Positions 13,820 through 23,587 of a stretch of 41,761 nucleotides of DNA are shown here, piece after piece. Source of the DNA: an uncultured bacterium (GTDB lineage: Bacteria > Muiribacteriota > Ozemobacteria > Ozemobacterales > Ozemobacteraceae); contig CAZTHA010000002.1 in NCBI GenBank assembly GCA_964613435.1, forward strand, positions 1 through 41,761, written 5' to 3'. Below the pieces are notes generated by a model. That model did no database searches. It saw only the letters and a list, made by a program, of their open reading frames with translations, and was not told the DNA's origin. Each line of letters opens with the position of its first letter. The first letter of the stretch is position 1. The position numbers were made by a program, and so were the translations under genes.

Positions 13820-15019
13820 ATGACCGAACCAAGGCAGATCGAATGGAATCGCGTTGCCGCACTTGTGGCGACAATTGCGGTGCTGTTCTTTTTTACCAGG
13901 TCGGCACCATTTCCGGCAACCACATACTGGGAACTGATGCTGGCACGAGATTTCGATTTAAGTATCGGAGCGGTTTTCCTGCCCGAAACCATGGCTCTCG
14001 ATATCGTGAATTCTTCGGCCTCGCTGCTGGGCCTGAAGGCGGTCTATCACATAGCATACTTTCTTCTAAGCTGTGTGTTGTGTGTTTGGGTTTTCAAAAA
14101 CCGTGAAATATTGCCGGGGCTGATTGCCCTGGCGATTTTCGCGCTGTCAATGCAGAGTTTTCTAAGTTTGCGAATGCTTTTGCAGCTGATTTTTGTGATC
14201 GGTTTGCTGACTATTCTCGAAAATGACCGACTCAAAGGTCATTTTGGGATTGTTTTGATTCCGATCACTGCGGCTGCCAGTGCATTAACTCTTAATAGCT
14301 GGTTGATGCTGGTGTTAATCGCCTGCCACGCTATTTTTAACAAAAATTACAATCTTAGTCTGATCATTTGTGGTTTGCTGGGAGTTCTTTTTTTTCCGGA
14401 GGGCGCAGCAGAAGCGGTTAATCCGAATTCAGTGCTGGCCTGGCAATTTTTCCCCGCTTCAGATCTGAAGGTTATGTATCTGCTGGCCGGTATTTTTTTG
14501 CTGGTAAACCTGATAACGCTTGGGCGCCTGACCTATGAAGATTTCCCCAATCTGGTATTTTATGCGATTGCCGGGTTTATGGCCTTGATGAACCCCGGCA
14601 GTATTCCTCTTTTCATTATGATTGGTGTGGTCATGATTCTCAAAAGTTTTTCAGATCTGGAACCGATGACCCTGAATATGCATTTGGCCGGAATAGTTGT
14701 TTTGACCGCGATCATTCATCTGTTTCTTTTTGTTAATCCTTTTGGAATGAAGCTGAATCCTGCGGTCAGAGGACAGATCGGCAAGAATCTTTCCCAAATT
14801 CTCGATGGCTATACCGATGAACAGGAACTGATGAATCACGAACTTGGCGAAATTGCCTGGAAAGGTATGATCAGGCTGCAGGCCGAAGATTTGCAGGCGG
14901 TTTCCAGATTTAAGAAGTGGCGTTTGGTCAGGCTTGGTAACGGTGAATTCGAGATTCAGCCAAAATTGGCTCAGCTGCAGACCGCGGCCCCTGAGGTTTC
15001 TGCGCCCGACCAGATCTGA
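13820..15019 (+). CDS. Hypothetical polytopic inner-membrane protein (about 9 or more TM helices)
   Basis: 399-aa ORF, strongly hydrophobic throughout, with a soluble C-terminal ~70 aa. No recognisable motif. Confidence 0.6.
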   Translation: MTEPRQIEWNRVAALVATIAVLFFFTRSAPFPATTYWELMLARDFDLSIGAVFLPETMALDIVNSSASLLGLKAVYHIAYFLLSCVLCVWVFKNREILPGLIALAIFALSMQSFLSLRMLLQLIFVIGLLTILENDRLKGHFGIVLIPITAAASALTLNSWLMLVLIACHAIFNKNYNLSLIICGLLGVLFFPEGAAEAVNPNSVLAWQFFPASDLKVMYLLAGIFLLVNLITLGRLTYEDFPNLVFYAIAGFMALMNPGSIPLFIMIGVVMILKSFSDLEPMTLNMHLAGIVVLTAIIHLFLFVNPFGMKLNPAVRGQIGKNLSQILDGYTDEQELMNHELGEIAWKGMIRLQAEDLQAVSRFKKWRLVRLGNGEFEIQPKLAQLQTAAPEVSAPDQI

Positions 15020-15279
15020 TAAACAGTTTCAGGTGCTTTTACCCCGCCTGATTTGCCCAAAAAACCAGCTAAACCGAAGAATGTTACATTCTGTTGCACC
15101 TGCGAAATTCTATATAAGCAGCAGATCTTCAACTAATGATTTTGCCTGAGCAAAAAGGCGCTGGCTGGGCCGGGCAAAGTGTCGACAAAATACCGGGCAA
15201 GTCACATAAAAGTCGCATTAAAGTCTCAGTAAAAGAAGGTGGCAAATTCGTGAGAAAAAGACCAGAAGCGCTTTATCTG

Positions 15280-15320
15280 AAAAAAAAGGAGCCTTCCCTT
15301 TACGGGAAAGCCCCCTTTTC
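15280..15320. terminator. Candidate bidirectional intrinsic terminator between convergent genes
   Basis: An A8 run, then an imperfect hairpin GGAGCCTTCCC-tttac-GGGAAAGCCCC, then CTTTT. On the minus strand the hairpin is followed by T8, just downstream of the PLD gene stop. Confidence 0.45.
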
Positions 15321-15333
15321 GATTGGTGTCAGA

Positions 15334-16860
15334 TTAGATCAAAGGTCGCAGCCACTGCAGTTTGCGCATAATGTTCATTTTCTTGACCACTTTTTCATTT
15401 ACGTGGTCTTCGGGGCCGTATGCTTTGATGATGCGGCCATCTTTATCGAGTTCAATGCGGTATTCGATTACTTTTTTCATATCCTGTTCGAGAATTCTTA
15501 AACGGACTCTGGTAGCAAAGCTCTTGTCGAGAACGGCGGCAACAACTTCCGAGTTGATGTCTTCGCTCAATGGATCCATGTTATAAGAGCCGATAACAGT
15601 GATGAGGCTGTCGAAAACGAAAGTCTTTGAATGAAGTCTTTCGTTCTGGCTGGGAGCTACCATTATTCTTGAGCCAGGCATGGTTTTGAGGATTCTTTTC
15701 CAGTCATTCATCAAAAAGGCTTGCGGGAAGAGTGAATCGGTTGAATCGGCGCTGTTGGTGTGGAAAATTATTTTGACGCCGCGGGCTGCAGCTCTTTTGA
15801 GGGCTGCTTCAGCTTCTTCGGTGATTACCAGATAAGGGTTCTGGATGATAATTTCATTGCGACAGGCATCGATCATCTTGATCAGGTTCGGGGTAATACC
15901 GTTCAGCGCGCCGATGCGTGAATGTTTGTCGAGAATTTTGACCGGCATGGGTCTTTCGCCTCTAAAGAGCTGATAGCCAGAATAAGAAGAAATGTTTTTG
16001 TAGCGGCTGATTTCTTCGTTCATTTCTGTCAGGATTTTTGCCAACTTGCCAGACAGTTTGCTTTGATCAGGCTTGTAGAGACCACGGCCCTGCATGTAAC
16101 GTGACATTACACGATAGGCCAGATCAACACTGGCCAGCTGATCTTTGATATTGATTTTGTCTGCTTTTACCACCGAATTCTTGAGGTGGTTCCATTCGTC
16201 GTTGAAAGCTTTCTGCAGCTGGGTGGCAACGTGCTTGCCCTGCATGAGAATGTCGGTGTCTCGGTAGACTATGTCATTTTCGCCATTCTGGGCATAGTAA
16301 TCTGCACCAATGTTGCGGCCGCCGATGATCGATGTAAAGCTGTCGGTAATGATAATTTTGTCGTGATTCGAAGCGGCAACCTTTTTAAGATCGCTGAAAA
16401 TTCCGGAAAGAGATTTGCGAACCGAGTTATATAATTTGATCTGAACGTTGGGAAATGCTGCCAGTTCTTCGATTTTGTCAGGCATTTTGCTCATATAAGG
16501 CATTCGATAAACACGGCCGTCGATCATCAAGCGAATTCTTACGCCGCTTCTCGCCTTTTTGAGCAGCAAACCGATGAAAGCCTGTCCAAACATGTCTTTG
16601 TCGACGATGTAATAGGTGCAGTCAATGCTGTCTTTGGCGTCCTCGATCATTTTCCAGCGGCAATACCAGGCATCGTCGTTGTTGGGAACAAAACGAACTC
16701 TGGTTAAATCGCGGCTGTTAACGTTAATACTGTTAAAAATTTCGCTCAGGCTACGGTTGTCGGGAACTGGTCTGTAAGCGGCCCAGCTTGAGGAAACAAA
16801 CATGAGCATTGCAATCACGAGAGCTATCGATCTATAAAAAACTTTCATAGCTTTCTCCAA
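15334..16860 (-). CDS. Secreted phospholipase D superfamily protein with two HKD motifs
   Basis: 508 aa with signal peptide (VFYRSIALVIAMLMFVSSSWA). HKD motif 1: NHDKIIITDSFTSIIGGRNI. HKD motif 2: LHSKTFVFDSLITVIGSYNM (HxKx4Dx6G(G/S)xN). Confidence 0.85.
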   Translation of the reverse strand: MEKAMKVFYRSIALVIAMLMFVSSSWAAYRPVPDNRSLSEIFNSINVNSRDLTRVRFVPNNDDAWYCRWKMIEDAKDSIDCTYYIVDKDMFGQAFIGLLLKKARSGVRIRLMIDGRVYRMPYMSKMPDKIEELAAFPNVQIKLYNSVRKSLSGIFSDLKKVAASNHDKIIITDSFTSIIGGRNIGADYYAQNGENDIVYRDTDILMQGKHVATQLQKAFNDEWNHLKNSVVKADKINIKDQLASVDLAYRVMSRYMQGRGLYKPDQSKLSGKLAKILTEMNEEISRYKNISSYSGYQLFRGERPMPVKILDKHSRIGALNGITPNLIKMIDACRNEIIIQNPYLVITEEAEAALKRAAARGVKIIFHTNSADSTDSLFPQAFLMNDWKRILKTMPGSRIMVAPSQNERLHSKTFVFDSLITVIGSYNMDPLSEDINSEVVAAVLDKSFATRVRLRILEQDMKKVIEYRIELDKDGRIIKAYGPEDHVNEKVVKKMNIMRKLQWLRPLI

Positions 16861-16984
16861 AAGGTAATTTATTCAATTTTAGGCATTAGTAAAAGATTCG
16901 TCAAGGTACATCGGTATATAAATGAAGAAGTGGAAAAGAAAATGGAAATCTGAATGATCTACGGATTCCTTTAACTATGAACAG

Positions 16985-17013
16985 TTGCACTAATCGAGCT
17001 GTCGGCTTATAAT
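16985..17013 (+). promoter_or_regulatory. Sigma70-like promoter candidate for the lipoprotein gene
   Basis: TTGCAC (16985..16990), a 17-nt spacer, then TATAAT (17008..17013), about 34 nt upstream of ATG 17047. Confidence 0.45.
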
Positions 17014-17046
17014 TCATCGAAATTGAAAGGTAAAAGGACGCTGTCG

Positions 17047-17562
17047 ATGTTGAACAATGGGTTCGTTAAATTGCTGATTGTTGCAATGCTGATGATTTCG
17101 GCAGGTTGCCAAAGTTTGCAGGCCGATAAGCTACGCTATGATTTTCCCGCGAATCTACAGATTTCTTTCTCGGAAAAAGTAATCGAGGATGGTAACAAAT
17201 ACCGTCTTTCAGTCGTTTTTTCGAGCCTGGTCGGTGAATTGAAGAACATTGAAGTATATTTTTCAAGCTCACCGGACTTGAAAGTTATCAGCAATACCGC
17301 GGTTTTGCCATTGCTTGTAGAGGGTGAAAGCCGCAAAGCCAGGATTCTGGCTGTGAAAACCGCTGTGCCGGCCGGTGATATGGGAACATGGGTTAAGGTG
17401 GGTATCAGGTATTTGCCAGATTATTCAGCAGTCAGAAACCGGATTTCTGATCTTGCGGTTTATCCAGACCCGGTTCAGCGCCAGCGATTGCTTGATATTT
17501 TGCAGCGCAATGAGCTAAAAAAAGAGCGATATCACCAGACTGCCCGTCGTTTTATCAGGTGA
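17047..17562 (+). CDS. Hypothetical lipoprotein
   Basis: ATG 17047 with AAGGA 9 nt upstream (the track start 17023 is TTG). Lipobox LMISAGC. No other motif. Confidence 0.6.
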   Translation: MLNNGFVKLLIVAMLMISAGCQSLQADKLRYDFPANLQISFSEKVIEDGNKYRLSVVFSSLVGELKNIEVYFSSSPDLKVISNTAVLPLLVEGESRKARILAVKTAVPAGDMGTWVKVGIRYLPDYSAVRNRISDLAVYPDPVQRQRLLDILQRNELKKERYHQTARRFIR

Positions 17563-17606
17563 GCGGAGTTTTCGGCTCTCACTCAACGAGTTTTTAAGAG
17601 GCTATA

Positions 17607-19703
17607 ATGAGAATAATACAGGTAGTCAACGCGCTGACATTTGGCGGTGCTCAGGTCATAATTCTCGATCTCGCCAAAAAGTTGCTTGATGAGGGGCACG
17701 CTGTCGAGGTGCTGGCCTTCCGAGACGGTCCAATTGGAAAAAAACTGCGTGATGCTGGTTGCCCAACCCATATTCTCGGCGAAAGCATGCTCGATTTTCT
17801 TGCTTTTCAGCGCTTTAATCGTATCGTAAAGGATTTCAAGCCCGATATCATTCATTCACATCTTTTTCGGGCCACTTTCTGGTCGAGAATGGTGCGAATG
17901 TTCAACCCGCAGGTTTACCTGATAACCTCGGTACATGGGCGGGAGTCGGATTTTTTTCATGCTTGCGAACGCATTACCGCAGGAATTTCCGATTATATTA
18001 CCTTTCCAAGTGAATATTTGCGGCAATGGTATCTGAAGAATATTCGCAAGTTGCCCAGAACGCGAACTGGGGTCATATATCCTGGAGTGGACATTGTTTC
18101 TGAGATTTCTGCTGACGAATTTACCGACCAATACCCGTTGCCGGTTGTTGGTACCTTGTCGAGGCTCCACCCGGTAAAGGGCGTAGATCTGCTGATTCGT
18201 GCCGCCGCCAAGCTCAAACAAAGAGAGATAGACTTCGAGCTGCTGATCGGTGGTGATGGTCGCCAGAGATCTGAGTTGACACAGCTTGCTGAAAATTTGA
18301 ATATTGCTGAACGCTGCCGGTTTGTCGGCGAGATAGATGATGTTAAGGGCTTTTTGAGCCGGTTTAGTATTTTTGTGGCCGCTTCGCGGCAGGAGGCTTT
18401 CGGCATTCATGTCTGCGAGGCTATGGAAAGAGGGATTCCCGTGGTTGCTGCTCGCATCGATGGCCTGGTCGAGCTGATTGAACACGAGTCCACTGGGTTG
18501 TTGTTCGAGTCCGGCAATGCTGATTCGCTTGCAGATGAACTTGAAAGGCTCATCAAAGATCCGGCTTTGCAAAATTCACTTGCGTTAGCGGCAAGAAACA
18601 AAGTGATTGCAACTTTTAACCGCCGGATCGCTATTGAAAAGCATTTAAAGCTTTATTCTTCGCTGGCCTACCGTCCGCGTCATCTGCACTTTATCATCTC
18701 TTCAGGAGAACTTGGTGGCGGCGAAAGACTGGCTCTAAGTCTTGTTAGAGGGTTTCAGCAAAGAGGCTGGCTGGTTAGCGCAACTTGTTGCGGACAGCCA
18801 CTGACAGACGAATTGCGCGCTTCCGGAATTGAATATTCAAGCTCTGGTTTGCGGCTGGCAGGGTTTTTCTTTGCCCTGCGATCGTTTTTCGATCTTATTC
18901 GTAAAAGGCCTGATTTAATCAGTTCGCACCTTAACAAGGCCAGCTTGTTTGCCGGTGTGTTAGGCAAAATTCTCCGTATTCCGGTTATTTCTCACGTTCA
19001 TGGTCTGAATCGCCGGCTTTATTATACGGGTAGCAGTCACCTCATTGCTGTTTCTGAGGCGGTAAGACAGCATCTGCTCGCTCAAGGCGTCACTGCTGAA
19101 AAAATTACCGTTATTAAAAACGCCGTGCCTTTCAATGCGGCTCAGAATATCAGAGCTCCCGGCGATCCAATTAAAATAGCCGTAATCGCCAAACTGCACC
19201 GAAATAAGGGCCATGAATGGGCGTTAAGAGCTCTTTTACAAAACTCTGCAGCATTGCCAAATTTCGAATTGCATATCCTGGGAGATGGGCCTGAACGAAA
19301 GAATTTGAAAAGAATCTGTGACGAGTTGGACAAAAAACGTCAGGTTCACTTTTATGGTTTCATAAAAGATGTGCGCCCGCATCTTGAAAAGATCGATCTG
19401 GCGTTGCTGCCTTCGCTTGGCGAAGGAATTCCACTAAGTCTGCTTGAAGCGATGAGTTTGGGAATCCCGGTTGTGGCCACCAAAGTGGGCGGTATCCCGG
19501 AAATAGTTGAAGAAGATCGCAATGGGCTGCTTGTGCCGCCAAACGACACCGAGGCTTTGATCGGTGCAATTTCCAGAGCGACGGATCTCATCAATTATCA
19601 GCGACTGAGCCGCGGCGCGCTGGAAAAATTCTCTGAGTTAAACGATTTCGAAGAAATGGTTGAAGAAACGGCATCGGTTTTTGCTGAATTGTGCAGTAAA
19701 TGA
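17607..19703 (+). CDS. Fused tandem glycosyltransferase (two GT-B/GT4-like modules in one 698-aa protein)
   Basis: Two copies of the GT4 C-terminal signature: EAFGIHVCEAMERGIPVVAARIDGLVELIEHESTGLL (first half) and EGIPLSLLEAMSLGIPVVATKVGGIPEIVEEDRNGLLVPPND (second half). Each follows an N-terminal GGAQ/GGGER-type Rossmann start. Confidence 0.8.
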   Translation: MRIIQVVNALTFGGAQVIILDLAKKLLDEGHAVEVLAFRDGPIGKKLRDAGCPTHILGESMLDFLAFQRFNRIVKDFKPDIIHSHLFRATFWSRMVRMFNPQVYLITSVHGRESDFFHACERITAGISDYITFPSEYLRQWYLKNIRKLPRTRTGVIYPGVDIVSEISADEFTDQYPLPVVGTLSRLHPVKGVDLLIRAAAKLKQREIDFELLIGGDGRQRSELTQLAENLNIAERCRFVGEIDDVKGFLSRFSIFVAASRQEAFGIHVCEAMERGIPVVAARIDGLVELIEHESTGLLFESGNADSLADELERLIKDPALQNSLALAARNKVIATFNRRIAIEKHLKLYSSLAYRPRHLHFIISSGELGGGERLALSLVRGFQQRGWLVSATCCGQPLTDELRASGIEYSSSGLRLAGFFFALRSFFDLIRKRPDLISSHLNKASLFAGVLGKILRIPVISHVHGLNRRLYYTGSSHLIAVSEAVRQHLLAQGVTAEKITVIKNAVPFNAAQNIRAPGDPIKIAVIAKLHRNKGHEWALRALLQNSAALPNFELHILGDGPERKNLKRICDELDKKRQVHFYGFIKDVRPHLEKIDLALLPSLGEGIPLSLLEAMSLGIPVVATKVGGIPEIVEEDRNGLLVPPNDTEALIGAISRATDLINYQRLSRGALEKFSELNDFEEMVEETASVFAELCSK

Positions 19704-20758
19704 AGAAACAGCAGATTTTCTTTCTCGCGCCGGCTAACTACAGAAGCCTTTCTCAGCGTCATCAGGCTTTTGCCAATCTACTCGCTTTGGCCGGCTATCG
19801 GGTAATTTATGTTAATCCCATTGCCAGTAATGGTTTTGTTGTAAATTTTCACAAGGAAAAGGCGAATCTTACCGTGCTGGATTTGCGGTTGCCTTTCAGA
19901 GCGGCCAATTTTCCATGGTTACAGCGAGTTGTCGCCCAAATCTGCTGGAAAATTTTAAAGCGAAAATTTAAAATCGGTTGGCGGCAGATTCTTTGGGTCG
20001 CCGACCCGGCGATGGCCATGCTGGTTCTACATCAGTGGAACATGGTCGTTTATGATCGCTGTGACCTGCATGGCTTTTTTCCCGGGCAGAAAAAGTCTGC
20101 CTGGAAATCTTACGAACAGCTTCTTTTTCATAAGGCCGATCTGATTTTTGCCAGCCACCAGGCTCTTCTCGATGGCATCCCGCCGGAGTGTTCAGGCAAG
20201 GCTCATCTTGTCGGCAATGCCTGTAATGCAGAAATCGATTGTCGCAAATCATCAGGCCGTTTGGCAGGAGCTAATCGGCCGATAAAGGCCGTTTCTGCCG
20301 GGGCTCATTTCGAGTGGGTCGATTGTCGCTGGTTAAAAATGCTGGCCAAAAATCCTGCTATCGAATTGCATATTGCTGGAGTGGGCCGGGGCAAAGATTT
20401 TGAAGCCCTCGTAGGTATGCCTCAGGTTCATTTTCATGGCAAGCTATCCCAGCAACAGCTTTTTGATCTTTATTACCGCTGCGATGTCGGCCTTATCCCG
20501 TTCAAAGAGCTTGAGTTGACCGTTGCGGTCGATCCGATAAAGGCTTATGAATTTGCGGCAGCTGGTTTGCGCGTCTGGAGCACTCCAGTCCCCGGCATTT
20601 CCGGACATGAGCTTGTCGATTTCCGTCTTGAATCGGAAGCCGATGCTAATGCGGCGATCGAATCTTTTTCTTTGCCGGCAGATGACCGCCGGGTTGCCAG
20701 ATGGCCAGAAAGATTGCAGACAATTCTTGACAGAATGGGGCGATTGCAGTCAGATTAA
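19700..20758 (+). CDS. Putative glycosyltransferase-like protein (GT-B-like)
   Basis: 352 aa with a 4-nt overlap with the upstream GT. N-terminal IFFLAPANYRSLSQRHQAFANLLALAGYRVIYVNP and C-terminal HFHGKLSQQQLFDLYYRCDVGLIPF resemble GT-B enzymes. Weak assignment. Confidence 0.45.
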   Translation: MKKQQIFFLAPANYRSLSQRHQAFANLLALAGYRVIYVNPIASNGFVVNFHKEKANLTVLDLRLPFRAANFPWLQRVVAQICWKILKRKFKIGWRQILWVADPAMAMLVLHQWNMVVYDRCDLHGFFPGQKKSAWKSYEQLLFHKADLIFASHQALLDGIPPECSGKAHLVGNACNAEIDCRKSSGRLAGANRPIKAVSAGAHFEWVDCRWLKMLAKNPAIELHIAGVGRGKDFEALVGMPQVHFHGKLSQQQLFDLYYRCDVGLIPFKELELTVAVDPIKAYEFAAAGLRVWSTPVPGISGHELVDFRLESEADANAAIESFSLPADDRRVARWPERLQTILDRMGRLQSD

Positions 20759-20761
20759 ACT

Positions 20762-21718
20762 ATGCAAATTTTACTAACCGGCTTTTTTGGCGAAGCAAAT
20801 ATGGGCGACGAAACCATTCTCAGGGCGATCAGAGCCAATCTTGAGAAGAAGCATGAGCTTTGGCTGACCTGTGGGCGCCATCCCTCCATTTCCGGGCCAA
20901 AGATGCTGAACCGAAAAGGTCTTCTGGCTTGGCCCGATTACCTTAGAGCTCTCAATGAATGTGAACAGGTCGTTTTTTCCGGCGGCATTCTTCAGGACTG
21001 GAGCTTTGAAGGCATTACCTTTTTCGCTCTGCGAATACTTGCAGCTTCGATTTTCAAGGCTGAACCATCGCTTTGGGGTGCGGGAATTGGCCCAATCAGA
21101 CGCCTGGCCGCAAAGCGCATAACCCAAAAAGCGCTTGGCCGGGTAAAGACGGCCTGGTTAAGAGATCAGGCTTCTTTGGGCCTTTTCGACCAACTGGCAA
21201 ATGTTTCCGGAAAACTCGGTGCCGATTGGAGCTGGTTTTTTCCGGTAAGTCCTACCAGGCAGGCTTTTGCCAATGCACCGATAGGTATAAATCTGCGTCC
21301 ATGGGAGTTTTCCGAGTGGCGACCGGCGGTAGAGGCGCAAAGCAGGCATGTTGATCGCCATGTTATCGGCATTCCCGCCCGTCCCGGTGATAAAAAGATA
21401 ATCAAGCAGCTGTTTCCGGCTGCCACAATAATGCTTCCCGAAACATTCGAAGGGGCCTCAGAAATCTGTCAAAACCTGAGTTATGGTATAGCCATGCGCT
21501 ATCACCTTGCTTTGGCGATGTTGCGGGCATCTTTGCCGGTTAAACTGGTCGCTTATGATGAAAAGGTGGCGAATCTGGCCCGTGAGGCCGGAGTCGCTCT
21601 TCTGGAAGATAGTCCGGTATCAGGCTTCAGGCAGGCTGGGCCCGATTTCTTTTCTGGCAACCGGAAGCGTTTTGACGACATGCTTCTGGCCTTCAAAGAA
21701 CACTTCAAAATTGTATGA
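20762..21718 (+). CDS. Polysaccharide pyruvyl transferase family protein (CsaB-like)
   Basis: The N-terminus MQILLTGFFGEANMGDETILRAI matches the characteristic start of CsaB-type pyruvyl transferases, and GGILQD follows. 318 aa. Confidence 0.65.
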   Translation: MQILLTGFFGEANMGDETILRAIRANLEKKHELWLTCGRHPSISGPKMLNRKGLLAWPDYLRALNECEQVVFSGGILQDWSFEGITFFALRILAASIFKAEPSLWGAGIGPIRRLAAKRITQKALGRVKTAWLRDQASLGLFDQLANVSGKLGADWSWFFPVSPTRQAFANAPIGINLRPWEFSEWRPAVEAQSRHVDRHVIGIPARPGDKKIIKQLFPAATIMLPETFEGASEICQNLSYGIAMRYHLALAMLRASLPVKLVAYDEKVANLAREAGVALLEDSPVSGFRQAGPDFFSGNRKRFDDMLLAFKEHFKIV

Positions 21719-22731
21719 ATTATCTGCTGCGGTTTCTCGAATATATCTATCTTGCGATTACTACCTGCGATCGAATGTTCTTCAGGGTTTTTCCGTTTCT
21801 TGTTTACAGGCCTGAAGCTAAGGTCATTTCCATCGGCAATTTGAGCATGGGAGGCACCGGGAAAACGCCGGTGCTTTTTGAAATTTTGCGCGAATATCTT
21901 GAAAACAGGCCGGCGGAAAAAGTTTGTGTTATCAGCCGTGGCTATCGCAGCCCATGGGAAAACAGTTTCTATTATCTGCATGGTTCTGGACCGCACCCAC
22001 CGGAACTTACCGATGAAGCGCTGCTGTTCAATCAGCATTTCGAGAAGGTGCCTTTACTGCTTGGGAAAAGGCGCGACCGATCCGCCAGGTTCGCCGAGCG
22101 CAAGCTGCAACCCCGGTTGCTGCTACTCGATGACGGATTTCAGTATCGCCGGCTTAAAAAAGACTTTGAGATTCTGCTGTGGGACAGCCACATGCAGCCC
22201 GCCGAAGCCGAACTGATTCCTCGGGGCAAGCTTCGCGAACCGGTTTCACGGCTTATTGAGGCCGACGCTATTCTGCTGACCCGATGTGAGTCCGCTTCAG
22301 CTGCCCAGATTGACTTCTGGCAAAATTGGCTGGCCCAGCGTGCTCACGGGGTTAAGATTGTGCCAATGCAGACCCTGTGTGAAGGTCTTTTTGACCTTTA
22401 TGGCCAAAGAATAATTGAAATGCCCAGTGAGGTTATCGCCATGTCAGCGATCGGCCGCCCTGCCAGTTTTTATCAGCAATTGGAGCTAATCGGCTTGAAG
22501 GTTGTGCATCGGGTAGAGTTTCGTGATCACCATCGTTTTAACGAAAAAGAACTTGAAAAACTTGCGGCTTTACACCGCCAGAGCGGGTTGCCGGTTGTCT
22601 GTACCGAAAAGGACCGGGTAAAAATTTCCACCGAAACGGCCATGGCACTCGGTCTTTTAACAATGCGGATCCGGGTTTTGCCCTGTTCCGGCCGGTCATT
22701 GATTTCAGAGCTTGATTTGCCCATTTCTTAG
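21715..22731 (+). CDS. lpxK: Tetraacyldisaccharide 4'-kinase
   Basis: P-loop GNLSMGGTGKTP, ISRGY and LDDGFQ motifs. 338 aa, with a 4-nt overlap with the upstream gene. Confidence 0.85.
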   Translation: MNYLLRFLEYIYLAITTCDRMFFRVFPFLVYRPEAKVISIGNLSMGGTGKTPVLFEILREYLENRPAEKVCVISRGYRSPWENSFYYLHGSGPHPPELTDEALLFNQHFEKVPLLLGKRRDRSARFAERKLQPRLLLLDDGFQYRRLKKDFEILLWDSHMQPAEAELIPRGKLREPVSRLIEADAILLTRCESASAAQIDFWQNWLAQRAHGVKIVPMQTLCEGLFDLYGQRIIEMPSEVIAMSAIGRPASFYQQLELIGLKVVHRVEFRDHHRFNEKELEKLAALHRQSGLPVVCTEKDRVKISTETAMALGLLTMRIRVLPCSGRSLISELDLPIS

Positions 22732-22901
22732 ATCGAGAGTGCCATCTTCTAATTTCTTTAGACGCTTTCCTCAATTGGAAAATGGCAAACTCGCGCTCTA
22801 TGAGACTCGCATCTTGAAGGACGCTTAACTCGGCTTGCCAATTCCTTAATGTCGTTTTCTGATGAAGCTTTACCCTGTCATAAAAATGAAAATACAGGCT
22901 T

Positions 22902-23516
22902 TTATGGTTCTTCTGGATTCGGGTTGTCGTTTGGGCCGGTTTGGGGCTCGATCTGCTCCGGTTCGACCCGGGCGTAAGGCAGGATCAGTCTTGCCGAAGC
23001 ATAACCCAGAAGTGCGCCGATCAGCCAACCGGCAAAAACATCCAGTGGGAAGTGTACCCCGCAGTATATTCGTGAATAACCGATAAGAAACGCCAGTAGA
23101 ACGAAGGGCAGTCCGATTTTCAGACCGACGAAAAAGAGTATGGTTGCAGCGAAGGCGGCGGTGTTTGCCGCATGATTTGACGGGAAAGACTTGCTTGATT
23201 TTGCCGGTAACAACAGGCGGCATTTAAAACTTTCTGATTGCTCGATCGAGCATGGCCGCAATCTTCCGACCGATTTTTTGATTATTCGCGCACAGATCAA
23301 GTCTGAAAGCCCTACAGAAACAAGTAGCGCCAGGGCGAGCAGTCGCATTTTACGGTTTCCGGCAATGATCAGATATAGCCATGACAGAATGATGATCGGT
23401 ACCCAGGTTTTCGCATTGGTGATGAATGGCATGAACCAGTCAAGAAAATGAAAGGTCCAGGCGCCATTGAGCAGCATGAACAATTGTTGGTCAAAATTGA
23501 TTAAAGCATCGAGCAT
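22902..23516 (-). CDS. PAP2-family (type 2 phosphatidic acid phosphatase) membrane phosphatase
   Basis: Tripartite PAP2 motif: KKSVGRLRP ... SFPSNH ... SRIYCGVHFPLD. Multiple TM helices. Confidence 0.8.
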   Translation of the reverse strand: MLDALINFDQQLFMLLNGAWTFHFLDWFMPFITNAKTWVPIIILSWLYLIIAGNRKMRLLALALLVSVGLSDLICARIIKKSVGRLRPCSIEQSESFKCRLLLPAKSSKSFPSNHAANTAAFAATILFFVGLKIGLPFVLLAFLIGYSRIYCGVHFPLDVFAGWLIGALLGYASARLILPYARVEPEQIEPQTGPNDNPNPEEP

Positions 23517-23587
23517 TGATTAAATGGTTCACTTTTGATTTGAATTGTTTTTTTATGACGTGCGGAAAAGTTACGGTGTTTGCCGAC

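Noticed and set aside
13210-13992. 260-aa minus-strand ORF spanning the end of the Mo-enzyme gene and the start of the next gene
   Set aside because: It is antisense to two well-supported plus-strand genes and crosses their intergenic region. It has no motif.
17856-18572. 238-aa minus-strand ORF, plus nested minus-strand ORFs from 17993 to 19594
   Set aside because: They are antisense to the double glycosyltransferase, which has two clear GT4 signatures.
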